Below, piece by piece: positions 18,210 through 29,428 of a stretch of 63,892 nucleotides of DNA. Each line of letters opens with the position of its first letter. Positions within the stretch are counted from its first letter, which is position 1. The notes beneath the pieces are model-generated. The model was given only the letters and a program-made list of their open reading frames with translations. It did not search any database and was not told the DNA's origin. The translations under genes and the position numbers were made by a program. The DNA comes from an uncultured Nitrospina sp. (GTDB lineage Bacteria > Nitrospinota > Nitrospinia > Nitrospinales > VA-1): NCBI GenBank assembly GCA_913045445.1, contig CAJWQP010000005.1, positions 1 through 63,892 of the forward strand, read 5' to 3'.

Positions 18210-20599
18210 CTCTGCCAAGCAACCTTCCACAACCCGACAGAATCCATCTGCTGGAAAAATCGCGCGACCTTCTTGGGTGGCAATTGATCCAGGAATCACT
18301 CGCCAGTTTCACCTGTTCTCCGGTCACATCCGACCTTTGCCGTTCACTCGTCCCGCATGACGATGTCGAGTCCGCGAACAATGCCCTCGACACCACAAAG
18401 GAAATGGCTGAACTCCTGGCCGGAGGCGATTCCTTTCCCATCAATCCGTTCGATGATTTTATCCCTATTCGCGAAGAAGCTCTGGAAAGGCAAATGCTGG
18501 ACTCCGCACAATGCCTTGCTGTTCTAAAATTATTGCGCGTTGTTCGCAATGTTCATCGTTCGATAGCAAAACAAAATGATTTTCCGCTTCTTAAATTGTT
18601 AAACGAGCGGCTCGATCCGTTATCCTCCCTTTTCAAAGAATTGGAGCGGTGCATTGATGATGAAGGAGAAATTAAAGAAAATGCCTCGCCCGAACTCAGG
18701 CAAGCCATACGCGAAGTACAGGCGGCAAAGCAGAAACTGGAATCCAAAGTAAGCAAACTATTTTCCAATGAAAACTACAAGGAAGCGATTCAGGACAGTT
18801 ATCACACAGAAAGAGAAGGCCGGTTGGTCATTCCCGTGAAATCTGACAAACGCTCGCAGGTTGAGGGAATCGTCCACGACAGTTCAGGAAGCGGGCAAAC
18901 TTTGTATATCGAACCCTCATCTATTGTCCCACTCAACAACCAGCTTAAAATAAATCGACTGGCAGTGGATCGAGAAAAAATATTAATATTGCAGTCACTG
19001 ACCCGACAGGTCATAGATTCCGGCGAAACCATAGCAGAAAATATGGAGACGCTTGTCGAACTCGATTTCATACACGCCCGGGCAAAACTGGCCAAGCTGA
19101 TGGAAGCTCGACGATGCCCTATTGAATCCGAATGCGAATTGAAACTCAACAAAGCCCGCAACCCGGAACTGATACTGAACCGGCAAGATGTCATACCCAA
19201 CGATATCGCATGGAGTGAATCCACTCATGTGATAATCATATCGGGACCCAACACAGGCGGTAAAACGGTGACCCTCAAAACAGTCGGCCTGATGTCCCTC
19301 ATGGCTCGCGCTGGATTGTTCCTGCCAGTAGAAGAAGGGTCGCAAATCCCCTTCTACCCGGAAGTCTATGCTGATATCGGCGATGACCAGAATATCGAGC
19401 TCAGCCTGTCAACATTTTCAGCCCACTTGCAAAAAATAATCCATATTGTTAACCATGCTGTCCCGGGTTCGCTGATCCTGCTTGACGAATTGGGAATTGC
19501 CACCGACCCGCATGAAGGAGCATCGCTGGCAGAATCAGTATTAACTGAGTTAAACAACAAGGGGGTGACCACTCTCGTCTCGACCCATTACCTAGCGCTA
19601 AAACTTCTGGCACAAACACGTAACGGATTCCTCAACGCATGCACAGAGTTTGATGCCAAATCGCAAACACCCACTTACCGCCTTATTTTTGGTGTGCCCG
19701 GTCACAGCGCCGCTATCGACACGGCCGAGCGACTTGGCCTTCATGAAAGAATCACCAGGCGGGCAAGAGAAATCTATCAGTCACATGACACGCGAGCCGA
19801 CACGGTACTGAAAGACCTGACCCAACAACGACTCGAACTGCAAAAGGAAAAAGAAGCTTTAGAGGCAAAGAATCTTGAATTGGAAGATTTGGCAAGGCAA
19901 CAACGTTCGCACACTGAAAGCCTGCGGGAAAAAGACCGTAAATTTAAATCTGAAAAGTCCAAACGAATTCAATCCGCTGTGCGCGAAGCAAAAAACCAGG
20001 TCCGCCAAATGATGGAAGAGGTGAAAGGAACCAGTGAAATATCAAAACTGCGCAAAACAGAACGTCAGTTGGGAGCCATGGGGCGAATGCCGCTGTCTGC
20101 TCATCGCGATGATCTTTCCGAGTGGGTGGTCCCTTCTGAAAAACTGCGCGAGGGCGACCTGGTTCTGATAGAAAACTATGGAACGACAGGAACGCTGTTG
20201 GAAAACCCCGCAGACAAAAAAAAGGTTCGGGTTGGGCTGGGCAATATAGAAACGGTTATCGAAACCAGGCGACTTAAAGGGAGCCTGAACAAGAAGAGAG
20301 CGCCGGGGAAATTACCCCGACAAGTCAGTATGAACGTGCATACAGAATCCACCTCAAATGTTAAAACAACCTGCGATTTGCGCGGGATGAATTCCGAGCA
20401 GGCACTCGCTACCATGGAAGCTTTTCTGAGTCAGGCTATTGTCAGCGGAGTGGGACAGGCGACCATCATCCACGGACACGGTATGGGAACAATCAAAAGC
20501 CTGGTCAGAGATTACCTGTCGTCAACCGGAATATGCAAAGAGTTCTCCCCCGCCTCAAGAGAAAACGGAGGAGATGGCGCGACTGTTGTCGAATTCTAG
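18206..20599 (+). CDS. mutS2: Endonuclease MutS2 (MutS-II ATPase plus Smr domain)
   Basis: 797 aa. Walker A GPNTGGKT, LLDELGIATDPHEG, STH motif, long coiled coil, C-terminal Smr (DLRGM..IIHGHGMGTIK). ATGA overlap with the upstream gene. Confidence 0.95.
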   Translation: MTLPSNLPQPDRIHLLEKSRDLLGWQLIQESLASFTCSPVTSDLCRSLVPHDDVESANNALDTTKEMAELLAGGDSFPINPFDDFIPIREEALERQMLDSAQCLAVLKLLRVVRNVHRSIAKQNDFPLLKLLNERLDPLSSLFKELERCIDDEGEIKENASPELRQAIREVQAAKQKLESKVSKLFSNENYKEAIQDSYHTEREGRLVIPVKSDKRSQVEGIVHDSSGSGQTLYIEPSSIVPLNNQLKINRLAVDREKILILQSLTRQVIDSGETIAENMETLVELDFIHARAKLAKLMEARRCPIESECELKLNKARNPELILNRQDVIPNDIAWSESTHVIIISGPNTGGKTVTLKTVGLMSLMARAGLFLPVEEGSQIPFYPEVYADIGDDQNIELSLSTFSAHLQKIIHIVNHAVPGSLILLDELGIATDPHEGASLAESVLTELNNKGVTTLVSTHYLALKLLAQTRNGFLNACTEFDAKSQTPTYRLIFGVPGHSAAIDTAERLGLHERITRRAREIYQSHDTRADTVLKDLTQQRLELQKEKEALEAKNLELEDLARQQRSHTESLREKDRKFKSEKSKRIQSAVREAKNQVRQMMEEVKGTSEISKLRKTERQLGAMGRMPLSAHRDDLSEWVVPSEKLREGDLVLIENYGTTGTLLENPADKKKVRVGLGNIETVIETRRLKGSLNKKRAPGKLPRQVSMNVHTESTSNVKTTCDLRGMNSEQALATMEAFLSQAIVSGVGQATIIHGHGMGTIKSLVRDYLSSTGICKEFSPASRENGGDGATVVEF

Positions 20600-20689
20600 A
20601 TTCTCATGAATCTATAAATCGGAACTAGAAATACAGGCATATTAAGAGCAAACATCGCCGTTACAAATTTTTCAGGAAGGAATCAGATC

Positions 20690-21271
20690 ATGACTGGAAA
20701 AACTTCGCTTGGCCTGGGAGTTTGTCTGATAATTATACTGTCGCTGACTTTCCCACTGGAGGCAAATCCGACAAATCAAATCACCCTGCGCGGGAAACCG
20801 TTAACCTTGATTGGGGAAAGGGTGCAGGTTGGGAAAACACTGCCAGACGTCAAACTTCCCGACCTGTCTCTAAACATGGTCGACTTGAATTCCTTCAATG
20901 GAAAAGTGACGATTGTAAGTGTCGTTCCTTCCCTGGATACTCCCACCTGCGAAAAACAGACTCACATTCTCAGCGAAGACAATGACGGATTAGATAAAAC
21001 TGTCCGTCTGGCAACGATCAGCCGGGACCTGCCTTTCGCTCAGAAGCGGTTCGCCAAGGAGGCGAACATAAAAAATATTCAATTTCTATCAGATTACAGG
21101 CTGGCTGAGTTTGGGACCCAAAGCGGTCTGCTGATTGATGAAAATCGGTTGCTGGCCCGTGCTGTGATGGTCCTTGATCGGCAAGGCATTATTCGCCACC
21201 TCGAAATTGTCAAGGAATTGGCACAACTTCCTGATATGAAAAAAGCCTTTGATGCGGCCCGCTCCTTATGA
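20690..21271 (+). CDS. tpx: Thiol peroxidase (Tpx) with signal peptide
   Basis: 193 aa. VVPSLDTPTCEKQ peroxidatic-Cys motif and FAQKRF resolving region. Confidence 0.92.
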   Translation: MTGKTSLGLGVCLIIILSLTFPLEANPTNQITLRGKPLTLIGERVQVGKTLPDVKLPDLSLNMVDLNSFNGKVTIVSVVPSLDTPTCEKQTHILSEDNDGLDKTVRLATISRDLPFAQKRFAKEANIKNIQFLSDYRLAEFGTQSGLLIDENRLLARAVMVLDRQGIIRHLEIVKELAQLPDMKKAFDAARSL

Positions 21272-21451
21272 CTGAATATTGGCCTGGCGAGTTGGCTTGA
21301 CAGGTTCTTTAAACATCCTGCGATAATATATCTCAAAATCGCGACAACCTGATTTCAACTCCGACACCTTGCTCACACCCAGTTCTCTCAGTCGGACCAG
21401 AATTTCTTTGCGTTTAAGCATGACAACCCTCGATAAACGACCCATATACAT
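21266..21451 (-). CDS. Questionable small ORF (possible short HTH-like protein)
   Basis: 61 aa (51 aa from the internal MLKRKEILVRLRELGVSKVSEL). No clear RBS and no family recognised. Overlaps the tpx 3' end by 6 nt. Confidence 0.2.
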   Translation of the reverse strand: MYMGRLSRVVMLKRKEILVRLRELGVSKVSELKSGCRDFEIYYRRMFKEPVKPTRQANIQS

Positions 21452-21619
21452 AGTCTATCGACCAGCCCTCCCCTTAACTTGAAGGGAAAAGAAACATTCT
21501 CTGCAAAAACATATCTGCTCGAAAGCATGGATGATCGGTGAGAGGAGGAAACTCTTTATCGGAAAGAAATGATGAAGCCCTCAAAGGAACTGTGGGCAAC
21601 ACATTTGGCAGGTTGAATA

Positions 21620-24547
21620 TCAATCAAACACCTTGACCAGATGGTCAAACCTGTTTTTAGATTTCTTAATTTTTTCTTCGTTGCCCAAAACGCAGACGTT
21701 ACCCAAGTCCTTAATCTTCCTGAACAAAGGGGCGAATGATTTAACGTCCTCCAGGCGGGTGGACAGTAATTCATCCCTACGTTTCTGTTTTAATTCGTAA
21801 GTCTTTCCAACCATATGCTCAACCATCGCGATCATCCCTTTACGATCTGCTGTGAGTGGCGGGTCCAGATGTCCGACACAGCCAATCAGAATCTTCGTCA
21901 GCTCCTTCTCGGAAAAATCCAGATTTTCAAGGTAATCTGCGATTTGATCATACACATCAAGAGTCTCTGATAAATTTGGGTCACGGTAAGAAACCAAACC
22001 GTAATCGCCGCTAAGCGAATCAAAGGAGCTTTGACTTCCATAGGCTCCCCCTTGAACACGCACCCGGTCCCATAAATAACAGGTACGAAGAACAGAGTTC
22101 AGGGCATCAAATTTTCCACTGTATTTCATGCCCAGCTCAAATAGGTTAGCTCCTTTACCAACATATTGAACTGCACTGGCCGTCAAAAAAGCTTCGTTCT
22201 CCAATTCCGATTCAAATTTAAACGGTACGGAATCCCTTCTTTCATCAGATAGAATTTGAACCAATGCCATCACTCTTTTTTCAATTTTCTTATAGTCACT
22301 TTCAGGAACGGTGATATTCGCTACGGCATTCTGCTTAGTTAATAAAGTCCGGGCAACGCCTCTGAATTCTTCTGCAACCTCATCGGGATTCTTCTCCGCA
22401 CAAACCAGCAACTTTTCCAGGAAATGGTAATAAGAAATTCCCTCCGCAAGCTCATTGTAACGGCCCAGTGGAGACTGGTAGGACTGCAATCGCGAAAGGA
22501 CAAAATGATTTCCGGAAGAAAGGATCGAGTCTTCCATATCAGCTTTCGCGCTCTTTATAATCTCAACAAGACGCTTTGGATTGTCGAAATTATACTCACC
22601 TATCAACTCTTCCCAAATATCGAAAAGATTATCCACATTTTCCATGAGCGCCTTCCCATTGAAGAAAATATGAGACCGTATACTGCGATGATCATCAACC
22701 AGAGCAGAGGTGAAATGCCAGGAACGCAATCCACCAGTATGAATACCAAGTAATTGCGAAATTTCCATATAGCTGTGCCGCTGGGTCCCCATGCCCAACA
22801 CCAACCTGCCTATGAGCGAAAGGTATTGAAGTTTTTCAGGCGGCACTCCCATGGCATCGAATCCGATTTGCACATAGGCTATTTTATTGGTAAATAAATC
22901 GTGAAATAAAATTTCAGGACTCGACTCCCTCTTCACCTCTGTGGGGAACCGTTCACTCTCCCGCTTGATATCCGTAAGATCCAGGCTGGGCAGTTTCTCT
23001 AAAGCCTCAGGCGAGTCCGGCTTGATCTGCGCGGCCTGAAGTATCCGGGTTTTCTCGACCAGACTGTCAATCGCCTCTGGAGACATGGAAAATTTTAAAG
23101 CCTTCATTTTTTTTCGGATTTTAGCATCTTTCCTTTTCGCCAGATCTGCCTTGGGAACAGCGAGCACAATGCTCTGGTGATTGTTGTTTAGAAGATATTT
23201 ATCTATCAAACGCTCAAAATATCTATCGCCTGACTTGCGCTTGATCTTACGCATGAGCTTGTCGTACTTCAGATGCACGAAAGGGTCTGAACCGTATAAC
23301 CATGAAGCCAGAGTCTGGATGTTGTAGACAATGCCCTTGGGAAATCCACCGAAATTCGATTCGCGTAATTTAAAATCGAACGAATTCACGGCAGACTTCA
23401 CCATGTCCTCTTCGATTCCGTCATCCACCAGATTTTTCAGAGTGGAAAATATAAGATCAAGAATTTTGTCTTCATTATCAGCTTCTGTTCCTTTCAAGCC
23501 TACGGCAAACATCGTTTCAAAACGGTTATCATCAAATCCACCGCCAATAACCTCGCTTCCCAGTTCAGAATCGATCAGCGCTTTACGCAAAGGAGAAGCA
23601 GAAGTTCCAAGCAATAGATGACTTAAAATATTAAAAGCCATGCAATGCTCATGATTGATAGATTTATTCAGCTTTAAACCAACCACCACGAAGGTTTTCT
23701 TTTCCAGCGACTCATCTTTTGAAACAGGATAGGAAATGACCTTACGTTTGGGCTTTCTGAAACGTCTCTGGACACCGACCGCAGACTCTACCTCAATGGC
23801 CTCAAAATTCTGAAGATATTCCCGATGAAGAAAATCCAGATATTCACGAGTATCCCCGTCACCGTAAAAGAAAATCCGGCTGTTCGATGGATGGTAATAT
23901 TTTGCGTGGAAATTTTTAAACTCATCATAAGTCAGTTCAGGAATCGCATCAGGATCTCCACCCGACTCACAACCGTAAGTTGTTTTCGGGAAGAGAGAGT
24001 GCGACAAATGCCTGTCAAGAATACTTTCTGGACTGGAGAAAACGCCCTTCATTTCATTGAACACAACCCCTTTATAGGTAATCTCTTTATCGACAGCTTC
24101 CAGTTCGTGATGCCAACCCTCCTGCATGAAAGTCTCAGCCGTGATGTTTGGATAAAACACAGCATCAAGGTAAACATCCATCAAATTGAAAAAATCTTTC
24201 TTGTTTCTACTGGCTACGGGATACATGGTTTTATCGGGAAACGTCATCGCATTCAGAAAAGTCTGCAAACTCCCTTTCAGCAATTCAAGAAAAGGTTCCT
24301 TCACTGGATATTTTCGTGACCCGCACAACACACTGTGCTCAAGAATATGAGCAACCCCACGATCATTGGAGGGAGGAGTTTTAAACGTAGCGCTAAAAAC
24401 CTTATTGTCGTCATCGTTTTCCATGACAAGCACCTCGGCACCTGTTTTCTCATGCGTGAACAACAAAGCCAGCGAATTCAATTCGGAAATGGATTCCTGC
24501 AAACTCAATCGAAAACCTGAAAAACTTTTCCCAGATTCAAAACTCAT
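21620..24547 (-). CDS. M16 family insulinase-like metallopeptidase (PreP / M16C type)
   Basis: 975 aa. Inverted zinc motif HILEH plus downstream E (NEMKG). Four-domain length typical of presequence-protease-like enzymes. Confidence 0.9.
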   Translation of the reverse strand: MSFESGKSFSGFRLSLQESISELNSLALLFTHEKTGAEVLVMENDDDNKVFSATFKTPPSNDRGVAHILEHSVLCGSRKYPVKEPFLELLKGSLQTFLNAMTFPDKTMYPVASRNKKDFFNLMDVYLDAVFYPNITAETFMQEGWHHELEAVDKEITYKGVVFNEMKGVFSSPESILDRHLSHSLFPKTTYGCESGGDPDAIPELTYDEFKNFHAKYYHPSNSRIFFYGDGDTREYLDFLHREYLQNFEAIEVESAVGVQRRFRKPKRKVISYPVSKDESLEKKTFVVVGLKLNKSINHEHCMAFNILSHLLLGTSASPLRKALIDSELGSEVIGGGFDDNRFETMFAVGLKGTEADNEDKILDLIFSTLKNLVDDGIEEDMVKSAVNSFDFKLRESNFGGFPKGIVYNIQTLASWLYGSDPFVHLKYDKLMRKIKRKSGDRYFERLIDKYLLNNNHQSIVLAVPKADLAKRKDAKIRKKMKALKFSMSPEAIDSLVEKTRILQAAQIKPDSPEALEKLPSLDLTDIKRESERFPTEVKRESSPEILFHDLFTNKIAYVQIGFDAMGVPPEKLQYLSLIGRLVLGMGTQRHSYMEISQLLGIHTGGLRSWHFTSALVDDHRSIRSHIFFNGKALMENVDNLFDIWEELIGEYNFDNPKRLVEIIKSAKADMEDSILSSGNHFVLSRLQSYQSPLGRYNELAEGISYYHFLEKLLVCAEKNPDEVAEEFRGVARTLLTKQNAVANITVPESDYKKIEKRVMALVQILSDERRDSVPFKFESELENEAFLTASAVQYVGKGANLFELGMKYSGKFDALNSVLRTCYLWDRVRVQGGAYGSQSSFDSLSGDYGLVSYRDPNLSETLDVYDQIADYLENLDFSEKELTKILIGCVGHLDPPLTADRKGMIAMVEHMVGKTYELKQKRRDELLSTRLEDVKSFAPLFRKIKDLGNVCVLGNEEKIKKSKNRFDHLVKVFD

Positions 24548-24685
24548 TATTTTCCTTTCATATTCCTACAAAAACACGCTTCCCGGTATCGTTCTATTGC
24601 AAAAACAAACACTGCACCACTTGGATGCTATTGCAAACACAATAGATTCATATTATCCACAAGCTCTAAACTGGTTCTGGGAAAT

Positions 24686-25453
24686 TCATGACACCTTAAT
24701 TTCCAGGCCAATCGGACAATGGTCTGATCCCATCACTTCAGGCCGGATAAAAGAATCTTTCACTTTACTCATTAAATCTTCGGTGACAAAAAAGTAGTCA
24801 ATGCGCCAGCCTATATTCTTCTTGCGCACATTGGCCCGGTAACTCCACCAGGTATAATGGTCTGGCTCCTGACAAAACTCGCGGAAGGTATCAACATAAC
24901 CATGTGCGACAAATTTGTCCACCCACGCCCTCTCCTCAGGAAGAAACCCGGAATTTTTCTCATTGGGTTTTGGGTTTCGCAGGTCAATCGCCTTGTGCGC
25001 GGTATTAACATCTCCAGTGATAACCAGCTTTTTATCCTCCGCACGCAACGCTTCGCAATGATCGAGAAAAGCGTCATAGAAATCCATTTTATACTGCAAC
25101 CGCTCCGGGCCACTGGTACCGTTAGGAAAATATATATTCAAAAGGTCAAAATCCTTATACTCCAGCCGGATGACACGCCCCTCCACGTCAAACCTGTCAA
25201 TCCCCATACCCAGATGAATTCCTCGTGGCTTTTTTTTACTCCACACCCCCACACCACTGTAGCCCTTTCGCTGAGCCGGATTCCAGACCGCGCGATACCC
25301 AGCGGGGTCAGCCACTTCCCTGGTCAGGTCGTTGGGCGTTGCCTTGATTTCCTGCATACACATCACATCCGGCGCCTCATCATGAAACCAGTCCATAAAA
25401 CCTTTTCGCACAACGGCACGCATGCCGTTAACATTCCAACTCATAATTTTCAT
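24686..25453 (-). CDS. xth: Exodeoxyribonuclease III
   Basis: The homology core starts at MKIMSWNVNGMRA (ATG 25451-25453, AGGA 5 nt upstream). Also has ITGDVNTAH and SDHCP. The ORF track extends to 25624, but those 57 extra residues look non-homologous. Confidence 0.9.
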   Translation of the reverse strand: MKIMSWNVNGMRAVVRKGFMDWFHDEAPDVMCMQEIKATPNDLTREVADPAGYRAVWNPAQRKGYSGVGVWSKKKPRGIHLGMGIDRFDVEGRVIRLEYKDFDLLNIYFPNGTSGPERLQYKMDFYDAFLDHCEALRAEDKKLVITGDVNTAHKAIDLRNPKPNEKNSGFLPEERAWVDKFVAHGYVDTFREFCQEPDHYTWWSYRANVRKKNIGWRIDYFFVTEDLMSKVKDSFIRPEVMGSDHCPIGLEIKVS

Positions 25454-25698
25454 ATTCATCCTGCATTTCCAAGGCACAATGCCCGCTGATATCCGAGACA
25501 AAATTGATCCCGAAAAACCGATCATGGGCGAATATACTCTCACAAAAACCTGAATGAACCAACGAGTAAAAAACATCGCCCAATCCCAGCCCGTTCTCTC
25601 CAGTGGATCGTAATATTCTGACAATCACGGGAAAAGAATTTGTTCAATGATAACGCCATACACTATAATTCCCCTTAATAGACAGGAATGAAAGAATT

Positions 25699-26676
25699 AT
25701 GCCGACACCAGAATTGCGGGTTAAAAATTTAAAAGTGGCGTTCACAACTGGCGATGAAGAACTGATAGCCGTCCATGGAATCAGCTATCAGCTCAACCGG
25801 GGTGAAACACTCGCATTGGTTGGAGAATCCGGTTCAGGAAAAACAGTGAGCGCGTTATCCGTCCTGAGACTGATTCCAGAGCCGCCGGGAAAAATACTGA
25901 GCGGTGAAATCCTTTTCGATGACAAAGACCTGCTGAAGCTCCAGGCTAAAGAATTGCGAGAACGACGCGGACGTGATATCGCCATGATCTTTCAGGACCC
26001 TATGACTTCGATGAATCCTGTCCTCACCATCGGTGAGCAAATCATAGAAACGCTCCTGCGTCACACGCCGCTTTCCCGTAGCGAGGCGCGAGTGAAAACC
26101 ATTGACCTGTTGAACCAGGTGGACATCCCTTTCCCCGAACAGAAACTTGATCAATATCCGCATCAGTTCAGTGGCGGAATGCGACAACGGGTAATGATCG
26201 CCATGGCACTATCCTGCTCCCCGCGCGTACTCATCGCCGATGAACCGACAACAGCGCTCGACGTATTAATCCAGGCGCAAATCATTGAACTCTTGAAACA
26301 AATTAAAAAAGAATCACAAATGTCTATCCTGCTCATCACACACGATCTCGGAGTCGTTGCAGAAATTGCCCAGCGCGTCATGGTAATGTACGCTGGGGAC
26401 ATCGTTGAAACAGGGCCAGTCAGTAAACTGTTCAGAGCCTCTCTTCATCCTTATACCAGCGGACTCATAAATTCCGTCCCTGCATTGAAGGCTACCCCGC
26501 AAAAAAACTTCCGGCTGAGTGAGATATCGGGAACGGTACCCTCACTTTCGCAAATCCCTTCCGGCTGTCCGTTTCACCCCCGCTGTCCTTCAGCAGAAAC
26601 GCGTTGTCGTACAGACAAACCCCGTCTTAAGGAAATCGCTCCCGATCATGCCGTGAGCTGTTGGTTGCATCCATGA
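25699..26676 (+). CDS. Oligopeptide/dipeptide ABC transporter ATP-binding protein (OppD/DppD type)
   Basis: 325 aa. [28 protein letters not shown], and a C-terminal oligo_HPY tail with CPFHPRCP. Confidence 0.92.
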   Translation: MPTPELRVKNLKVAFTTGDEELIAVHGISYQLNRGETLALVGESGSGKTVSALSVLRLIPEPPGKILSGEILFDDKDLLKLQAKELRERRGRDIAMIFQDPMTSMNPVLTIGEQIIETLLRHTPLSRSEARVKTIDLLNQVDIPFPEQKLDQYPHQFSGGMRQRVMIAMALSCSPRVLIADEPTTALDVLIQAQIIELLKQIKKESQMSILLITHDLGVVAEIAQRVMVMYAGDIVETGPVSKLFRASLHPYTSGLINSVPALKATPQKNFRLSEISGTVPSLSQIPSGCPFHPRCPSAETRCRTDKPRLKEIAPDHAVSCWLHP

Positions 26677-27656
26677 CAATTCAAACAAAAACAACTCAAG
26701 CTCCATTACTTGAAGTGAGAAATATCAAAAAACACTTCCAGGCCAAAGGTATCAGCGGCGAGACACAAACGGTGTATGCCCTGAACGGTATTTCCTTCAC
26801 CCTTCGAGAAGGAGAAACGCTGGGACTGGTCGGGGAATCCGGATGCGGGAAATCAACCGCCGCGCGTACTGTCTTGCGATTGATCGAACCCACCGCCGGT
26901 GAAATTCTTTATCGCAATCAAGACCTGCTCGCCTTGAGACCAGATAAAATGCGTTCCTTACGCAAAGAAATGCAAATCATTTTTCAAGATCCCTTTGCCT
27001 CCCTCAATCCGAGAAAGCGGATCGACAAGATTCTGGAAGAACCCTTTGACATCCATGGGTTCACCAATCCCTCCAAAATAAAAGAACGTGTCGTAGGGTT
27101 GTTAGACAAAGTGGGCCTGTCATCCGACCAGGCAGACAAATATCCTCACGAATTCAGCGGCGGGCAGCTACAACGCATCGGAATCGCCCGGGCCATTGCA
27201 TTGAATCCGAGTTTGATCGTTGCCGATGAACCGGTTTCCGCGCTCGATGTTTCTATTCGCGCCCAAGTGATCAACCTGCTCCTCGACCTCAAGGAATCAA
27301 TGCAAATATCCTATTTGTTCATTTCCCATGACATGGCCATAGTCAGACACTTCTGCGACCGTGTGGCGGTTATGTATCTTGGGAAAATAGTTGAACTTGC
27401 CGACAGCGAACCACTATACAATAAACCACAGCACCCTTACACAGAAGCTTTGCTGGCGGCGATTCCATCCATTGATCCGGAAACGAAAAAAGAACGCATG
27501 AAAATTAAAGGCGACCTTCCGAACGCCATGGACATGCCCAGAGGATGCGCCTTCCATACACGGTGCCCCATTCGCGAGAAACAATGCGAGGAATCCATCC
27601 CGCAACTCAAGGAAGCGCGACCCGGTCATCATGTCGCCTGTTTTCTAAGGGAGTGA
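26673..27656 (+). CDS. Oligopeptide/dipeptide ABC transporter ATP-binding protein (OppF/DppF type)
   Basis: ATG 26673 overlaps the oppD-like TGA (ATGA). [36 protein letters not shown]. Confidence 0.92.
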   Translation: MTIQTKTTQAPLLEVRNIKKHFQAKGISGETQTVYALNGISFTLREGETLGLVGESGCGKSTAARTVLRLIEPTAGEILYRNQDLLALRPDKMRSLRKEMQIIFQDPFASLNPRKRIDKILEEPFDIHGFTNPSKIKERVVGLLDKVGLSSDQADKYPHEFSGGQLQRIGIARAIALNPSLIVADEPVSALDVSIRAQVINLLLDLKESMQISYLFISHDMAIVRHFCDRVAVMYLGKIVELADSEPLYNKPQHPYTEALLAAIPSIDPETKKERMKIKGDLPNAMDMPRGCAFHTRCPIREKQCEESIPQLKEARPGHHVACFLRE

Positions 27657-27666
27657 ATACAAAACA

Positions 27667-28128
27667 ATGGACATTGGAGTTATTTCTGACACCCACGGAC
27701 TCGTTCGCCCCGGAGTGTATGACGTGTTCGAGGGAGTGGACCTCATCCTGCACGCAGGCGATATAGGGAGTCGCGATGTAGTCATCGAACTGGAAGCCAT
27801 CGCTCCCGTCAAAGCGGTCGCGGGAAATGTAGATGTGGACCTGGCAAACCTTTTTCCTAATCAGCTTATTTTCGATCTGGATGGTCGAACCTTCAAGCTC
27901 CAGCATATTTTTCACAGCATTCCCGACTCAGGCCAGTCCACATCCATACCCATTAAAAAAATCATAATCTTTGGACACAGCCACCAACCGGCGAATGAAA
28001 AGGTCGGAGACACGCTGTACTTTAATCCGGGAAGTGCAGGACCCCATCGCCACAACACACCGGTCTGCGTAGGAAAATTGACGCTGGAAGATAATCTGGT
28101 GTCAGGAGGGATCGTTCATCTTGAGTAG
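27667..28128 (+). CDS. YfcE/MJ0936 family metallophosphoesterase
   Basis: 153 aa. ISDTHG, HAGD, GNVD, GHSH motifs. Confidence 0.88.
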   Translation: MDIGVISDTHGLVRPGVYDVFEGVDLILHAGDIGSRDVVIELEAIAPVKAVAGNVDVDLANLFPNQLIFDLDGRTFKLQHIFHSIPDSGQSTSIPIKKIIIFGHSHQPANEKVGDTLYFNPGSAGPHRHNTPVCVGKLTLEDNLVSGGIVHLE

Positions 28129-28149
28129 TGACAAGCTCAATTCAAACGA

Positions 28150-28752
28150 TTACGGTTTTTTCAACAGGTACTCAATCGCTTCAAAAGTTTCCTCAGACTC
28201 CCAGTTTTTGGCACCATCCACTCTGGCGACAACCCTGCCTTCGCGGTCAATCACATAAGTGAAGGGAATCGTCACCGAAGGATAAAGCCGTTCCACCTCT
28301 CCCTTAGCATCCAGCAAAACAGGAAAGGAAAGTTCATACTCATTGACAAAAGACTTTATTTGCGCAGACGCGTTTTTGTCGATGGTCACAGCAAGCACCG
28401 TCATCCCTTCCGAACGGTAACGGCGATAGAGGTTCTCGAACGATGGCATCTCCACACGGCAAGGGGCACACCAGGTTGCCCAGAAATTCAGCACCACCAC
28501 TTGCCCGCGATATTTTTCCAAGCTTTCGTGATTCCCCTTCAGGTTCCGCAAAGTAAAACCCGGTGCCAGATACCCGACATCAGATTTTTTCTGATTAAAA
28601 TTCTTTTGGGTTTTTACATCATCTACAGAAATTGGGGCTTCTATAAAATGTTCGAAGAAAAACAGGATGGCCCCGACAAAAAGAACGGCGAAAAGAAGGA
28701 CGTACTTTTTAATGGGAATATAAGTGGTCTTTTTTGAGTCGCTCGACTTCAT
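28150..28752 (-). CDS. ccmG: Periplasmic thiol:disulfide oxidoreductase (TlpA/ResA/CcmG-like)
   Basis: 200 aa. N-terminal TM anchor and thioredoxin fold with WATWCAPC. Last gene of the ccm cluster. The symbol is assigned by context. Confidence 0.8.
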   Translation of the reverse strand: MKSSDSKKTTYIPIKKYVLLFAVLFVGAILFFFEHFIEAPISVDDVKTQKNFNQKKSDVGYLAPGFTLRNLKGNHESLEKYRGQVVVLNFWATWCAPCRVEMPSFENLYRRYRSEGMTVLAVTIDKNASAQIKSFVNEYELSFPVLLDAKGEVERLYPSVTIPFTYVIDREGRVVARVDGAKNWESEETFEAIEYLLKKP

Positions 28753-29428
28753 CTTTCATCTTCTCAACTTTAATCCTCTGCCCCATCAACACAAAATAAA
28801 GCAGAGTGAATGCCCCCAGAGAGACCATAAGTGTCGCCACCATGGAAGGGTCCATTCCCTTGCCCAACCCTTCCTCCGATATCATCTTGGGTTGTGGATG
28901 AACGGAGTTCCACCAGAGAACAGAAAAGTGAATGAACGGTATATCGAGGAATCCCACAATACCAAGAACTGCCGCTAAACGGGCGCGCATGGAACCCGCA
29001 TCGGTCTGAGCGCGGAGCATCAGGTAAGCCACATAGATGAGCCATAATATCAATGTGGAGGTCAGACGAGCGTCCCACATCCACCAAACGCCCCAGATAG
29101 GTCGTGCCCAGATCGGCCCGGTGATCAAAACCAGAGAACAGAAAATCACGCCAATTTCCGCAGAAGCCAGAGCATAAATATCCCACTCCCTTTCCTTCTT
29201 CCACAAAAAAAGAATACTGCTGAGAAAAACAATAAAAAATGAAAAGAAGGCCAGCCACGCCGCAGGAATATGAAAATACATGATGCGCTGTACCGCGCCC
29301 TCAGTCTGTTCCGTTGGCACATAAATAAAAATGGCAATCATCGCCACCAAAAATGCAACAATAGTAAGCCAGATCAGAATCGAGCCATCCTGTTTGTTTT
29401 CGTCACTCACCCTTGGTTCCCTTTTCAA
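28709..29428 (-). CDS. ccmC: Heme exporter protein CcmC
   Basis: 239 aa. WWD motif WGVWWMWDARLTS and conserved His residues. The start is uncertain: TTG at 29428 in the track, or alternative GTG at 29408-29410. Confidence 0.93.
   Translation of the reverse strand: MKREPRVSDENKQDGSILIWLTIVAFLVAMIAIFIYVPTEQTEGAVQRIMYFHIPAAWLAFFSFFIVFLSSILFLWKKEREWDIYALASAEIGVIFCSLVLITGPIWARPIWGVWWMWDARLTSTLILWLIYVAYLMLRAQTDAGSMRARLAAVLGIVGFLDIPFIHFSVLWWNSVHPQPKMISEEGLGKGMDPSMVATLMVSLGAFTLLYFVLMGQRIKVEKMKDEVERLKKDHLYSH

Noticed and set aside
24686-25624. The xth ORF extends 57 codons upstream of the conserved MKIMSWNVNG start. Similar N-terminal extensions occur in the track ORFs of ccmA, ccmH, rsmH, murB and ftsZ.
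   Set aside because: The extensions lack homology-like sequence. Internal ATGs with Shine-Dalgarno motifs align with the known N-termini. These are open upstream frames, not novel domains.
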